Assembly: GCA_963716985.1 (NCBI GenBank)
Contig: OY970323.1
Span: 288,001-352,000 of the forward strand
Source: an uncultured bacterium
GTDB taxonomy: Bacteria > Chlamydiota > Chlamydiia > Chlamydiales > SM23-39
Length of the DNA: 64,000 nucleotides
Reading direction: 5' to 3'
Both the position numbers and the translations under genes were made by a program. The notes under the pieces are model-generated. The model saw only the letters and a program-made list of their open reading frames with translations. It did no database searches and was not told the origin of the DNA. Shown here in pieces: positions 9,801 through 20,256 of the stretch (within the stretch, counting starts at the first letter, position 1; each line of letters opens with the position of its first letter).

Positions 9801-12264
9801 ATGAGATTTCTTTAAATGGCTCTCCAGAACCATTGGTTCCTTTGGCGTAATATTTAACATTGTTCAAGCGGCCGATATAATCATACTCAAAAACTTCGAG
9901 TAAGCCGTTTCTGCAATAATGATGATGTAAATTCCCGCCGCTATCATATCGAAAGACTTCCCTTGCGCCGTTGGGATGGTTGATTTCGGCAAGATTGCCC
10001 TGAACCGTATAAGATTTTGTGAGGATTCTTCCCCGAGGGTCTGTGACCGAAATGGGATGATCGAAAAGGTCATACGCATAAGTATAGGTTGTTTTTGTGG
10101 AAGAATGAAGACCGTTACTTGTTTCAGGATAGGTGATTCTGATCGGACGGCCAAGTGAATCATTCACGTAGATCGTTTCATTGCCGAATCGATCTTTTTC
10201 TCTGTTTTTGTATCCTGCTTCATCATAATCGATTTGTGTCTCGAACTGCTTTCCTTTTAGCTCTCTTTCGATGGTATGGACGAGACGGTTTCTTATATCA
10301 TATCCATATTCGATAGAGATGCCGGTAGATGGATGAATTTCCGATTTGAGGTTGCGGTTGGCATCATAGAAATATCGAGTTTCATTTCCCATAGAATCTG
10401 TTTCAAGGACAAGGAGTCCATGCTCACACCGTTTTTTAAGAGTGTATCGATGTGTATTGTTAGCGTCGTAAATCTCTTGTTCAGAAACATTTCCTTGAGC
10501 ATCAAAATGGTTGATTGTTCGATTGACAAGAAACTCTGATCCATCTTCTGATGAGCAATATTTTTGCTCTATGATTTCTGGAGTGCCTATATTTGGTATC
10601 TGCTGTTTTGGAAAGATGTGGGTGACCTTTCTTTCTGAAATATTAAGAATGTTTTCGGGATCTCCATCTATTCCGTCATCGACAATGACACGAACAAGGG
10701 CAGCATCCTCATTATAAGTATAGAAATAGCGCTGCTTAATTCCTGAATTATAGTTTTCATCTTCCGAACCTAAAGATCCTCTTGTCAAAACAAGCTTTTT
10801 GACGAGTAGGTTAGTGCCCTTTTTATACCAGTATTTTATGCCGCATCCTTCGGCATCCCTTTGAAAAAATCCATGGGTTGCTTCCCCGGAAAAATTGGAG
10901 TATTTCTTGACATGTCCATCTTGATTGGATACAAATCCATTTTCATCCACGACAAGAGCTATCGCTCCGGTGCCCGAGATATCCCCGTATTCCCGCTCTT
11001 CAATGATGTTTCCTTTGTCCATTTTGTCATAAACAAAGCACTTGTGATAAAAAATATTGCCAGCACTATTGGTAATAGAGATGGAAATCAGATTGTCCGC
11101 ATCGTTTTTTTCTCCCCAAGATTTTTTTTGGATTCGATAAAGAGACCCATCAAGGTATTGTTCTATTGCAAGCAGATGAAAACCTTCATCGAAACGATAC
11201 ACTGCTTTGCGAGGGCCTAGGCCGTCAACTTCGGTGCTGTTCTGATCATAGATAAAATGGATGATCGCTTTTTCACTTGAACAAGAAGGTAGTGTCACAG
11301 ACCTGACTTTGTTTTTATCAGAGTCATAATCTATCTGAACAAAACGCCCGTCAGGCAAGCTCTTTTTCACAAGAAAGGCGTGCTGATCCACTACTTGATA
11401 TTGGTAGTTCAGGCTTGGTTTGTCAGAGCGAGTCACATTTGTTAATAGCTCATTGCCTAATGAATCTTTCTGGAATTGGTAGTGGGCCGTTTTTCCATCG
11501 CTTGTCTCAAGATGCACGCCATTTTCGTATCGAATCTTAATCCAGGCGAGCTCTTTTTTTTCATCTGCGTTGGTTTGTTTGATCAGAGTTGCCTGATTTT
11601 TGTCATCAAACTCATAAAATATCTTATTGCCGCTTGGAAGAACTTCGTGTGTGATAGAGTAGAAATTTCCTGCCTTGTTTTTGACATAAAATCGTTTGCC
11701 TTCAGTGCAAAGCAACAGTTCGAAACTGTCATTTTGCGAATTGTAGTAAAGCTCATTATTTTTCGGATTGGTCCAAGCTCCGATATCTCCTTTAGCAGTG
11801 TTAGCGATATCAATGCAGTCTTCTTCTGTGCTGATTTTGAATCGTATGCGTTTTGAAGGATGAGAGATGTCTCTCCACCCTGTATAGGTGAAAATGGTTC
11901 CGTCGGGATTACCCACATAGACAAGCATTCGTTCAAATGTTCCTTCCTCAGAAGAGCGGGTCTTTGCTTTTGGATCTTTTTGCATGGACAGAAAGCAATG
12001 AGGATTGAAGCGCCATCCTCCAAGGGATGCAATGGAAAGCGTATCTCGACTGCTATAAAATCTTGAAAGGACAAGAGAATCGGGGGAAGCAACGGTTAAA
12101 TCGACTTCCACTTCTGTATAATCTCCGTGAATCGTACTGACGTTTTCGACTATGCTATTAGGATCATTTTCCCTGGATCCAAGATAAATTTCACTGAGGG
12201 AACATTCATTGGCATATGCATGACAGAACATGCTAACAATAAAACAAAAAAACAACCGCTTCAT
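6853..12264 (-). CDS. RHS/YD-repeat polymorphic toxin with N-terminal signal peptide
   Basis: Many YD repeats; RHS core end GLIYFGYRYYDPEIGRWISPDPIG...NNPMKYADSFG; probable start MKRLFFCFIVSMFCHAYA at 12264. Confidence 0.9.
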   Translation of the reverse strand: MKRLFFCFIVSMFCHAYANECSLSEIYLGSRENDPNSIVENVSTIHGDYTEVEVDLTVASPDSLVLSRFYSSRDTLSIASLGGWRFNPHCFLSMQKDPKAKTRSSEEGTFERMLVYVGNPDGTIFTYTGWRDISHPSKRIRFKISTEEDCIDIANTAKGDIGAWTNPKNNELYYNSQNDSFELLLCTEGKRFYVKNKAGNFYSITHEVLPSGNKIFYEFDDKNQATLIKQTNADEKKELAWIKIRYENGVHLETSDGKTAHYQFQKDSLGNELLTNVTRSDKPSLNYQYQVVDQHAFLVKKSLPDGRFVQIDYDSDKNKVRSVTLPSCSSEKAIIHFIYDQNSTEVDGLGPRKAVYRFDEGFHLLAIEQYLDGSLYRIQKKSWGEKNDADNLISISITNSAGNIFYHKCFVYDKMDKGNIIEEREYGDISGTGAIALVVDENGFVSNQDGHVKKYSNFSGEATHGFFQRDAEGCGIKYWYKKGTNLLVKKLVLTRGSLGSEDENYNSGIKQRYFYTYNEDAALVRVIVDDGIDGDPENILNISERKVTHIFPKQQIPNIGTPEIIEQKYCSSEDGSEFLVNRTINHFDAQGNVSEQEIYDANNTHRYTLKKRCEHGLLVLETDSMGNETRYFYDANRNLKSEIHPSTGISIEYGYDIRNRLVHTIERELKGKQFETQIDYDEAGYKNREKDRFGNETIYVNDSLGRPIRITYPETSNGLHSSTKTTYTYAYDLFDHPISVTDPRGRILTKSYTVQGNLAEINHPNGAREVFRYDSGGNLHHHYCRNGLLEVFEYDYIGRLNNVKYYAKGTNGSGEPFKEISSQYSAFHKTSETDARNNITTYVYDGCGRPCRLIKENQTIEFSYDPLGREQSIKKWTSSKDFTLEVKDYDLLDRVVEERTEGPSGQILLRKRFAYNDAGELAQIIGYPHNHETILMQYEYDGLGRLCKAISATGNVSQIIYDDAYISDWGQKGNKCTLVDSLGNRTEEIFDHDGHLIQVCKKNKSGKLLSCQDISYDCFGNKKLEKAVVIAADGPSGNHEIEYSYNQNDRLESIVLGKGSLEERVTRFEYNSHGELAKKYNPGEQTPISYQYDNRGDLEIISYKESEKKIEFKLCYDKNKNLTSMNRDDFSIGYDYDENDLLTSETINDEFGEYQISRTYDGEGKIQTLTFPDGSYVKYSYEGPLVKTVSRFSKDKKKLYTYTVSSRDQMGNILEEILPRNLGIRTQFWDDSGKRVALTTDFFQDKVLEYDSLDHIKKRKTSLEEKQCTIEYDSNALLQLISEKGPINHEYSYDSIGNRLKKDRSAYKVNILNELMEAEGNIYTFHPNGSIATKTVHGNTQTYQTNPLNQVVSIQDADQNTVTFTYDLTGKRLSKRIDAKGKKSKVLRFFYINDTEIGCVNEKGMIIELKIPSDPNNPESSAIAIEVKNETSVPIYDLQGNIVCLLDPIKHRVVESYRYSIYGEEEIINESGKILSQSSIGNPWRYRGKRVDEEVGLIYFGYRYYDPEIGRWISPDPIGTIDGPNLYAFAHNNPMKYADSFGLHSKLDENCGCTLHDHPGWYNAPSNCICICERNEAPEEAASRYRSKKGGDIKSALGGISHGVVDFVIGSLHDLQTAAVYIGSGEQELGLQERMQIIETVELSQMQQSSCVESHVLDLFSIDESDAVYQSFRSKTTMGLEIASLVAGGYGTVKGVMTLNRLSRIPMQAAKLAKEVERLSFLKAEQTLEKLETFLGKDSRLFKNSHGDLLIESKNGLRQFRMDLNHPKPHPNPHTHLIEYEMKKNRKIEIFNERIYPIDINPE

Positions 12265-12530
12265 CGTTAAGCTTCCTAATGAGGAGGAACGCTCATTTAA
12301 TTTTAGCATTGCATGATACGAAAAATGATAAAATTTTTACGAACAGTTTTTTTCAAAAATTCCTTTCGAGTAGAATATGTCAGCCAGCCACTGGAAAAAA
12401 TATCTTTCATGAAACCTGCATTAAATTTCTGGATAAACGAAACTATCTAGGAACGTTGGGCTTGAGAAAGAAAGAGGTTTTGTAGAAAATAACATTTATT
12501 TTTTAAAACGTAACATGTGAAAGGATCTCT

Positions 12531-12983
12531 ATGCGGCGTGCAGCTATTTTTTTTGGGCGTTTTTTTATCGGAAGCCTTTTTATTTTTTCAGGATTGACCA
12601 AGGTGTTTGACTGGCAAAAAGCCGAGCAGACCTTTTTGAGCGTTTTGGGAGATTGGCACTCCCTTTCCTTCTCATTTTTGCAAAATTTCATTACCTCTCT
12701 TCTTCCCTGGGCGACAGCATTGTTAACGGTTGTGTGCGTGGTCGAGATCGTGGGAGGAGTTTTTCTGATATTGGGGGTGAAAGCTCGTTTTTTTGCGCTA
12801 TTGCTTCTGCTCGTTTTCCTTCCGACGACCATTCTTTTCTATCCTTTCTGGTTTTTCGAGGGAAGCAAACAGGAGATGCTTGTGACGTTATTCATGAAGA
12901 ACGTGGCGATTCTCGGAAGCATTCTTTACATTCTTGCCTTTGGAGCGAAGGAGGAGTTTGTGAGCGATGATTTTGAAGCTTGA
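12531..12983 (+). CDS. DoxX family membrane protein
   Basis: GRFFIGSLFIFSGLTK, EIVGG..LILG, FMKNVAILG. Confidence 0.85.
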   Translation: MRRAAIFFGRFFIGSLFIFSGLTKVFDWQKAEQTFLSVLGDWHSLSFSFLQNFITSLLPWATALLTVVCVVEIVGGVFLILGVKARFFALLLLLVFLPTTILFYPFWFFEGSKQEMLVTLFMKNVAILGSILYILAFGAKEEFVSDDFEA

Positions 12984-14684
12984 TCGAAAAAACATCGTAA
13001 AAAAAGCGGCTCCTTTTCTGCTTTTTGTCTCAAGCTTTCTTCTGGTCGCTTTCGGACAAAATGCAGGGAGCCATATAGCGGCTTTTTTTGCCTCTTTTTT
13101 AGGATATGCTCTTTTTTGGCGCTGCATGTTCTTTTTTTCAAAGATGCGCACCTGTTTCTTCCTCTCTTTTTTCTGGTTTGTTTTTGTGCAAGCAATACAA
13201 CTTTCCTGGATGACCTCCACGGAGTATCAGGGAGTCTATATTTTCCTTGTCTACTTTTTCCTTTTGATCGGTCTTGGCGTGCAATTTGCTCTGTTATCTC
13301 TGTTCATTGCAAAGAATCGACAGCTGCCCATGAAAGTCCTACTCGCTTCTTCTTCTTTTTGGGTTTTGATGGAGTGGTCGCGTCTCTGGTTTCTCAGCGG
13401 TTTTACCTGGAATCCAGCAGGGCTTGCCCTTTGCTTTCACCATTTTCCGATGCAGATCGCCTCGATCGGTGGTGTTTACGGCCTTTCCTTCTGGGTCATT
13501 TTTGTGAATTTGGTCGCTCTGAAAGCTCTTTTTGTAAAAAGAGAAGTACGGGCGTTTGCCCTTGTAGTGATTTTGGCTCTGGCCCCCGTCCTGTTCGGTC
13601 TTTTGCATGAAGCATTTTGGAAAAGCCGGTTTTCTAACAAAAAAGGAGATCTTTCGGTTCTTTTAGTGCAAACCTCGATTCTTCCGGAAGAAAGAGATCC
13701 CTATATGGACCGTCTGGAGTCTTTTATTTCTCCACAGGAACAATGGGAAAGGATTCTTTTTTTTTACTGAAAGAAAAAAAACAAAAGATCGATCTGGTCG
13801 TCTTTCCCGAATCGGCGCTTCCTTTTGGAGCATATCGAACTTTTTTTCCTTTTGAAAAGGTAAAAAGTATTTGGAAAAAGGTGTTTGGGGAAGAGGCTCT
13901 GCAGATGCTGCCCGAGCTGAAAGAACCTCTTGCCGCTTTTAATAGAAAAAGCGAGCGATGGGAGGTTTCCAATAGCTATTGGGCGCAAGCGGTGAGCAAT
14001 TTTTTTGATGCAGAAGTTATTATTGGTCTCGACGATGTGGATTTTTTGGTCAGACGCATTTATAATGCCGCTTTTTATTTTCAGCCCTACGGCTTTTTGC
14101 CGAAACGCTATGAAAAACGGGTGCTTGTTCCGATTGCGGAATATTTTCCCTTTGCCTGGTGTGGAACGCTGGCCAAGAAGTTTTTTGGAATCACCGATCA
14201 ATTCTCCTCGGGAAAAAGGGCGAAGGTCTTCTCCGGAGCCAATCATTATGGGATTTCGATTTGTTACGAGGAAACCTTTGCTCATCTCGTGCGGCAGAGC
14301 CGCTCTTTAGGAGCTAAGTGTTTTGTCAACATATCCAATGACGTCTGGTTTCCTGCATCCCGTCTTCCCGTGCAGCATTTTGAGCATGGGCGCCTGCGCG
14401 CTGTGGAAAATGGGGTTCCGCTTGTCCGTGCGTGCAATACGGGCGTGACCGGCGGGGTGGATTGCTTTGGAAGGACCGTTGGTTTTTTTCACGAAAAGAA
14501 TGTGTCTATTGAAAAATCTGCCGGAGCTTTTTTTCTCTCTCTGCCGATTCATTCCTATCCAACGATTTACACCGTCTTTGGAGACTATTTGATCCTATTG
14601 ATCAGCTGTTTTTTCATTTTGCGGTTTTTCCTAACAAATCATAGGAAAATTTTTACCCGTTGGCTCTCTGTTTTGCGACATTGA
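12967..14684 (+). CDS. lnt: Apolipoprotein N-acyltransferase, split by a frameshift at a T9 run (13757-13765)
   Basis: TM N-half (SGFTWN) plus nitrilase C-half (FPES, YEKRVLVP, ICYEE, NDVWF); syntenic with lpxC. Confidence 0.88.
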
Positions 14685-14756
14685 AGTGGACGCAAATTGC
14701 GCTTGCTCAAAAAGGAGCCGGTCGGATACTTTTTAAGCAATTGATCTTAAAGCAGT

Positions 14757-15605
14757 ATGATGGAAATTCGACAACAAACCTTGAAAAAGGACGTTTCGAC
14801 GGAAGGGATCGGGCTTTTTACAGGCGAAAAAATTTCTCTTCGGCTTTCTCCTCTTCCGGAAAATAGCGGAATTCTTTTTCAAAGAACGGATCTTGCCAAC
14901 CGTCCGATCGTCAAAGCCCATCTTGCAAACGCGAAGAATCTGATGCGTTCCACGGGTGTTGGGGAAAAAGAGGTTTTGGTCCAGACCGTTGAGCATCTTT
15001 TATCTGCTTTGAATGCCTACCAGATCGATAATGTGTGCGTGCAAGTTTCCGGCCCCGAAATTCCTATTGGGGATGGGAGCGCGTTTTCTTTTGTTCGCCT
15101 CATTGAAGAGGCCGGCATTGCAGTGCAAAAAGCACCGAAGAAAATATATGTTTTAAAAAAAGCGCTTTTCTTTTCGGAGAAAGACGTCCATCTAGTGGCT
15201 CTGCCATCCGACCATTTTTGCGTAAGTTTTACGATTCATTTTCCGCATTCTAACCTTTTGCGCTCGCAGCATTATTCTTTTTCCCTATCGCCCGAATCCT
15301 ACAAGCTGGAAATTGCAAAGGCGCGCACCTTTTCTTTTTACGAGGAGATCGAACCTCTGTTGAAAAAGAATTTAATTAAGGGGGGGGGGTTGGAAAATGC
15401 CGTGCTGATCCGCAATGATTGCGTTTTGAATCCGGAGGGGATGCGATTTCCCGATGAGCTAGTTCGCCATAAGATCGGAGATTTGATTGGCGATTTTGCA
15501 TTTCTCGGCGGCCTTAGCGCCCATATTATTGCGCTACGGTCGGGCCATGCGGCGAATATTTCTTTTGCAAAGATGATTGAGAATTATATGATGGTGGAAA
15601 ATTGA
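14757..15605 (+). CDS. lpxC: UDP-3-O-acyl-GlcNAc deacetylase
   Basis: TVEHLLSAL, HKIGDLIGD, SGH motifs. Confidence 0.95.
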   Translation: MMEIRQQTLKKDVSTEGIGLFTGEKISLRLSPLPENSGILFQRTDLANRPIVKAHLANAKNLMRSTGVGEKEVLVQTVEHLLSALNAYQIDNVCVQVSGPEIPIGDGSAFSFVRLIEEAGIAVQKAPKKIYVLKKALFFSEKDVHLVALPSDHFCVSFTIHFPHSNLLRSQHYSFSLSPESYKLEIAKARTFSFYEEIEPLLKKNLIKGGGLENAVLIRNDCVLNPEGMRFPDELVRHKIGDLIGDFAFLGGLSAHIIALRSGHAANISFAKMIENYMMVEN

Positions 15606-15607
15606 GG

Positions 15608-16072
15608 ATGAAAGAATTGAAAGAAACAATATTAGGGCCCAAAGAGATTGCAGAAATTTTACCTCACCGCTATCCCTTTTTACTGGTGGATCGCGTCGTC
15701 TATTTGAATTTAGACGAAAGCAAAATCATTGGGCAAAAAAACGTGACGATCAACGAGTCTTTTTTTCAGGGACATTTTCCCGGCGTTCCCATTCTGCCGG
15801 GCGTGTTGATTTTAGAAGCTCTGGCCCAAACGGGCGGCATACTGGTTTATAAAAAAGGATATCAAAAGAAGATTGCAGTTCTTTTGAATGTGACGAATGC
15901 GAAGTTTCGCTATCCGGTATTTCCCGGCGATATTCTCTCCCTTCATGTGAGGGGGTTGCATATCAGCAATCAGGGAGGAAAAATCGAAGCGCATGCAAAG
16001 GTAGACGATCGAGTGGTTGTAGAGGCGGGGCTCAGCTTTGCTCTGATAGATAAAGCACAACTTATAAGCTAG
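15608..16072 (+). CDS. fabZ: 3-hydroxyacyl-ACP dehydratase
   Basis: LPHRYPFLLVD, GHFP..PILPGVLILEALAQ. Confidence 0.95.
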   Translation: MKELKETILGPKEIAEILPHRYPFLLVDRVVYLNLDESKIIGQKNVTINESFFQGHFPGVPILPGVLILEALAQTGGILVYKKGYQKKIAVLLNVTNAKFRYPVFPGDILSLHVRGLHISNQGGKIEAHAKVDDRVVVEAGLSFALIDKAQLIS

Positions 16073-16088
16073 AAAATCGAAGGAAAGA

Positions 16089-16946
16089 ATGAAGAACAAT
16101 TCAAACATACATCCGCTTGCAATTGTAGAGCCGGGAGCAAACGTTGGGAATGATGTAACGATTGAACCATTTGCAGTTGTGAAAGCTAACGTGACATTAA
16201 AGGATCATGTGGTGATCAAATCCCATGCCTACATCGACGGATATACAACGATTGATGAGGGCACGGTGATATGGCCGGGCGCTTCCATCGGAACCAAGCC
16301 TCAGGATTTGAAATACCGCGGAGAAAAATCCTTTATTGAGATTGGAAAGCATTGTGAAATTCGCGAATATGCGACGATCAATTCTTCTTGTGTGGAGAAT
16401 TCGATTGTCAAGATTGGTGATCATTGTTTGATCATGGCCTATTGCCACGTGGCCCATAATTGTTCGATCGGAAATCGCGTGATCATGGCGAATAGTTCGA
16501 TGCTTGCAGGGCATGTGACGGTGGAAGATTTTGCGATTATTGGAGGATTTACTCCCGTCCACCAATTTTCCCGTATTGGCACCCATGCAATGGTCGGCGG
16601 CTTTAGCCGCGTCTCTCATGATGTTCCTCCCTATACGATCGGAGGAGGATCTCCCTTTCGATTCGGAGGTTTGAATTTGATCGGCCTCAAGAGACATAAA
16701 TTTCCCTTAGAAGTGCGCAAAGCGCTCTCGGCAGCTTTTCGCATCACTTATCGCATGAAGCTTGGGCTGAAAGATTCGATGAGAAGGATTGAAGAAGAGG
16801 TTCCTCCCTGTGAAGAAGTGCGCCATTGGCTGGATTTTTGCAGGTCTTCCAAAAGAGGACTCATAGGACTTGCCGGTATTACCCGGAAACCTCCGGAAGA
16901 ATCTCAGGACGGAATGGCCGAGATAGAAAATTTTCTAGAGAGCTGA
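16089..16946 (+). CDS. lpxA: Acyl-ACP--UDP-GlcNAc O-acyltransferase
   Basis: Hexapeptide repeats, PQDLKY, HVAHNC. Confidence 0.95.
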   Translation: MKNNSNIHPLAIVEPGANVGNDVTIEPFAVVKANVTLKDHVVIKSHAYIDGYTTIDEGTVIWPGASIGTKPQDLKYRGEKSFIEIGKHCEIREYATINSSCVENSIVKIGDHCLIMAYCHVAHNCSIGNRVIMANSSMLAGHVTVEDFAIIGGFTPVHQFSRIGTHAMVGGFSRVSHDVPPYTIGGGSPFRFGGLNLIGLKRHKFPLEVRKALSAAFRITYRMKLGLKDSMRRIEEEVPPCEEVRHWLDFCRSSKRGLIGLAGITRKPPEESQDGMAEIENFLES

Positions 16947-17875
16947 TGAAACTGATCTTTTTTGGCACATCTTTTTTTGCTTCTAAAATTCTATTAAAGC
17001 TCGTTCAAAAAAAGATGTCCCTGCTCGCCGTTGTGACGCAAAGCGATCGCGAACATTATGGACGCCGGACCATTCCGCCGGTGAAACAAGCAGCTCTTGA
17101 ATATCTTCCCGACGTTCCCATTTTGCAACCTCTAAAGGCCTCCGATGCGAAGTTTCTTGAAGAGATGAAGAGATTGGAGGCAGATTTTTTTGTGGTTGTC
17201 GCTTATGGCCAAATACTCAACCGACCGCTCTTGGACCTGCCGAAGAAAGCAGCTATTAACGTGCATGCGAGCCTTCTTCCCAAATATCGGGGAGCGGCTC
17301 CGATGCAAAGATGTTTGATGAACGGGGAAAAAGAGACAGGCGTTACCATCATGAAAATGGCCTTGCAAATGGATGCAGGAGATATTTTGGCCACATCAAA
17401 AATTGCCGTGCCCGAAGAGATGACCTTGGGCGAATTGGAAGATCGGCTTTGTATAGAGGCAAAAGAGCTTCTCCCGGAAGTGCTGCTCCATTTTGAACAA
17501 TTTCCGCTAAGGGCGCAAGACCACTCTTTAGCCACTTTTGCGCCGAAGATTCTCGTGGAAGAGTGCGCGATCGATTGGCAAAAAGAGGCCGATTGTCTGC
17601 ACAATCTTATCCGCGCCGTTTCTCCCCATCCGGGCGCATATACTTGGGGCTGGGTTGGAAGGGAAAAAAAGAGGCTCAAGATTTTTCGCACCAAGGTTTG
17701 GCCGGAGATAGGCCGTCCCGGAGAAATCCTTTCTTTTCAGAAGGACCGATGGGTCATTGGCTGTGGAAAAAACTCTCTTTTTATCGAAGAGGTGCAGCTC
17801 GAAGGGAAGCGAAGGATGTCTGTGGAAGAATTCTTTTCCGGTTACCGAGAGAGTTTTTCGCTCTGTGAAAATTGA
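16946..17875 (+). CDS. fmt: Methionyl-tRNA formyltransferase
   Basis: NVHASLLPKYRGAAP, MDAGDI. Confidence 0.95.
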   Translation: MKLIFFGTSFFASKILLKLVQKKMSLLAVVTQSDREHYGRRTIPPVKQAALEYLPDVPILQPLKASDAKFLEEMKRLEADFFVVVAYGQILNRPLLDLPKKAAINVHASLLPKYRGAAPMQRCLMNGEKETGVTIMKMALQMDAGDILATSKIAVPEEMTLGELEDRLCIEAKELLPEVLLHFEQFPLRAQDHSLATFAPKILVEECAIDWQKEADCLHNLIRAVSPHPGAYTWGWVGREKKRLKIFRTKVWPEIGRPGEILSFQKDRWVIGCGKNSLFIEEVQLEGKRRMSVEEFFSGYRESFSLCEN

Positions 17876-18013
17876 AGCGTTGTGTTTTTTCGAATGATTC
17901 TTGATCCATTTGACTGCCGTCTCCTCGTTGCTATAAAAATTTTTTTTCTTTTTACATTTTTTTGATCTTCGTATAAACTCCTTCCTTATTAATAAAGAAA
18001 AATTGGGGTTTAT

Positions 18014-18808
18014 ATGAGTGGCATTATGGGGGTTGGATTAACGGTGAAAGTTTTGCAACAAACAGCTGTTTTTGCCCAAAGGTTTGTTCTCTCCTTAAGA
18101 ACGCAAGAGCAAACGTTCAGAGTTTTGTATTTTTTTGAGAATGTCGTTGGTTTGCTTGGGGAACAGGCAAAGCGCTTAGGGATCAGCAAGTTAATGGGCC
18201 GCTTGCGATGTGCTCAGGGAATATTGGGTTCCGCAACGAGCAGTCTTGTTTTGACGAAGTTTCCCGGCTCCCTATGGACGCTAAAAGATACATGCGTCAA
18301 TTTTCATCAGGGGGGAAAAGAGAACGAGGCCGAGATCGAAAAATTAACTTATGACGTTGCTACTGTGGTGGAAGATGCGGCCTATGTGGGATTGCTGTTG
18401 AATACGGCCACGCTGGTTCAATTGGCATCGAGAACTTTGAACTCCATGCTCTTTGTGGCGAACGCAGCTGCGCTTTATTATGACACTTTGGATCTCAAAA
18501 ATGCGATCTTTAGCATGGAAAAAGCCGTCATTACGAAGCAAGTCAATCAAGACCATCTGAGCAAGGCAGAAATGCAACACCTGGATGAAGTCAAACTTCT
18601 TGAAATGGTGAAAATTGCAAAAACCATTCTTCATTTGGCGATCGACATTATTGGAATTTTGGCAGTCGCTTTCGGAGTGACGCTCTTTTCTACAACGACA
18701 ACGATGAGTATTATTTGTGTCTACCTGCTCGGTTCGATGTGGACTCATGTCTACAACGGGGCAATTGTCGAGGAAGAAAAGGCAGGGATACGTCCAAGGA
18801 TTGTTTAA
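18014..18808 (+). CDS. Hypothetical protein with C-terminal bilobed hydrophobic segment (putative Inc/Cap1-position effector)
   Basis: Long ORF; similar to 22051-22878 (LTKFP/VTKIP; AKTILHL/ARTILHL). Confidence 0.6.
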   Translation: MSGIMGVGLTVKVLQQTAVFAQRFVLSLRTQEQTFRVLYFFENVVGLLGEQAKRLGISKLMGRLRCAQGILGSATSSLVLTKFPGSLWTLKDTCVNFHQGGKENEAEIEKLTYDVATVVEDAAYVGLLLNTATLVQLASRTLNSMLFVANAAALYYDTLDLKNAIFSMEKAVITKQVNQDHLSKAEMQHLDEVKLLEMVKIAKTILHLAIDIIGILAVAFGVTLFSTTTTMSIICVYLLGSMWTHVYNGAIVEEEKAGIRPRIV

Positions 18809-19085
18809 CAATCTTTCAGTTGCTGAGCGGGGAGGGGTCCATAGTCCTTCCTCCTTCGTCCTATACAGAGAAAACGTATAAGCAATAACATCGCAAATCA
18901 CTCATTTTTAGCTCTTTTAAAAATTATCTATCAGTCTATTCAAACTTGATGAGGAGATTAATCCGTCTATTCTCCGCATTATGTGCGGAGAATTTTGTTG
19001 CTTATGCGGAGATTAAATGCTACACTCAAAAAATAACCTATTGAAAGAGATGTATACCCATTTCTAAGACACTGTGAGGTAACTT

Positions 19086-20195
19086 TTGTATATCCACGAA
19101 CTGGAAAACTGGCCAAATTTTTTTTGGAACCAAGAGAACATCTCTCATTTACTTATTCAGCTACGCCATCAACAGGGACTCTTAATCGGCGGGATGAACT
19201 CGATTGGTTTTCGTGCCTGCGAAGAAACCGTTCTAAACGTCTTAACACAGGATGTCGTTAAATCAAGCGCGATCGAAGGAGAGAATTTAGATCAATCGTT
19301 AGTGCGCTCATCCGTTGCACGTCACCTTGGAATGGATATCGCAGCTCTCGATATTGTAGATCGAAATATAGATGGCGTCGTTGAAATGATGCTCGATGCC
19401 ACACAAAAATTTGATCAACCGCTCACCAAAGAAAGGTTATTTCATTGGCACGCGTCTCTATTTCCTGCCGGTCGCAGTGGTTTTGCAAAGATTAGGGTAG
19501 GAGCGTGGCGCACCGGCCCCGTCCAGGTAATCTCCGGCACAATGGGAAAAGAGATTGTCCACTTCGAGGCTCCTCCCGCTGCTCTAGTTGATCACGAAAT
19601 GGAACTTTTTTTGAATTGGCTAAATGACGCATCAACTATGGATCTAGTTTTAAAAGCAGCTATTGCTCATTTGTGGTTCGTTACGATTCACCCTTTTGTC
19701 GATGGCAACGGTCGCATGGGGCGTGCTATTGCAGATCTATTGCTAGCACGTTCCGAAAACAGTTCTCGTAGATTCTACAGTCTATCTGCGCAAATTCAGA
19801 AAGAAAGAAAAAAATATTACTCCATCTTAGAGCAAACCCAAAAAGGAACGTTAGACATTACCCTCTGGGTAGAGTGGTTTTTTGGCTGTCTGGAAAGAGC
19901 AATAAAAAATGCTATTTCGACCCTTGATGATATTCTACAAAAAGCACAGTTTTGGAAAACTCTTACCGCAGTCTCATTAAACGAAAGACAGAGGAAAATG
20001 ATCAATCGCATGCTAGATGGCGTTGATGGTAAACTAACCTCGTCAAAATGGGCGAAGATGACAAAATGTTCACAAGACACTGCCTATCGAGATATCCTCG
20101 ATCTTGTCGACAGAGGAATCCTCCTGAAAAATCCGGAGGGCGGACGTAGCACGAGTTATTCCCTTGTAAGCCCAAGAAAAGCCAAAAATCCATAA
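19086..20195 (+). CDS. Fic family protein with DUF4172-like N-terminus and C-terminal HTH
   Basis: HPFVDGNGRMGR Fic motif; YIHELENWPNFFW N-terminus. Confidence 0.9.
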   Translation: MYIHELENWPNFFWNQENISHLLIQLRHQQGLLIGGMNSIGFRACEETVLNVLTQDVVKSSAIEGENLDQSLVRSSVARHLGMDIAALDIVDRNIDGVVEMMLDATQKFDQPLTKERLFHWHASLFPAGRSGFAKIRVGAWRTGPVQVISGTMGKEIVHFEAPPAALVDHEMELFLNWLNDASTMDLVLKAAIAHLWFVTIHPFVDGNGRMGRAIADLLLARSENSSRRFYSLSAQIQKERKKYYSILEQTQKGTLDITLWVEWFFGCLERAIKNAISTLDDILQKAQFWKTLTAVSLNERQRKMINRMLDGVDGKLTSSKWAKMTKCSQDTAYRDILDLVDRGILLKNPEGGRSTSYSLVSPRKAKNP

Positions 20196-20256
20196 GACCC
20201 TTAAAAAAGGAAAAAGGCAGGTAAAGGTTTTCACTCTAACTGCCTTGTAATCAGAA

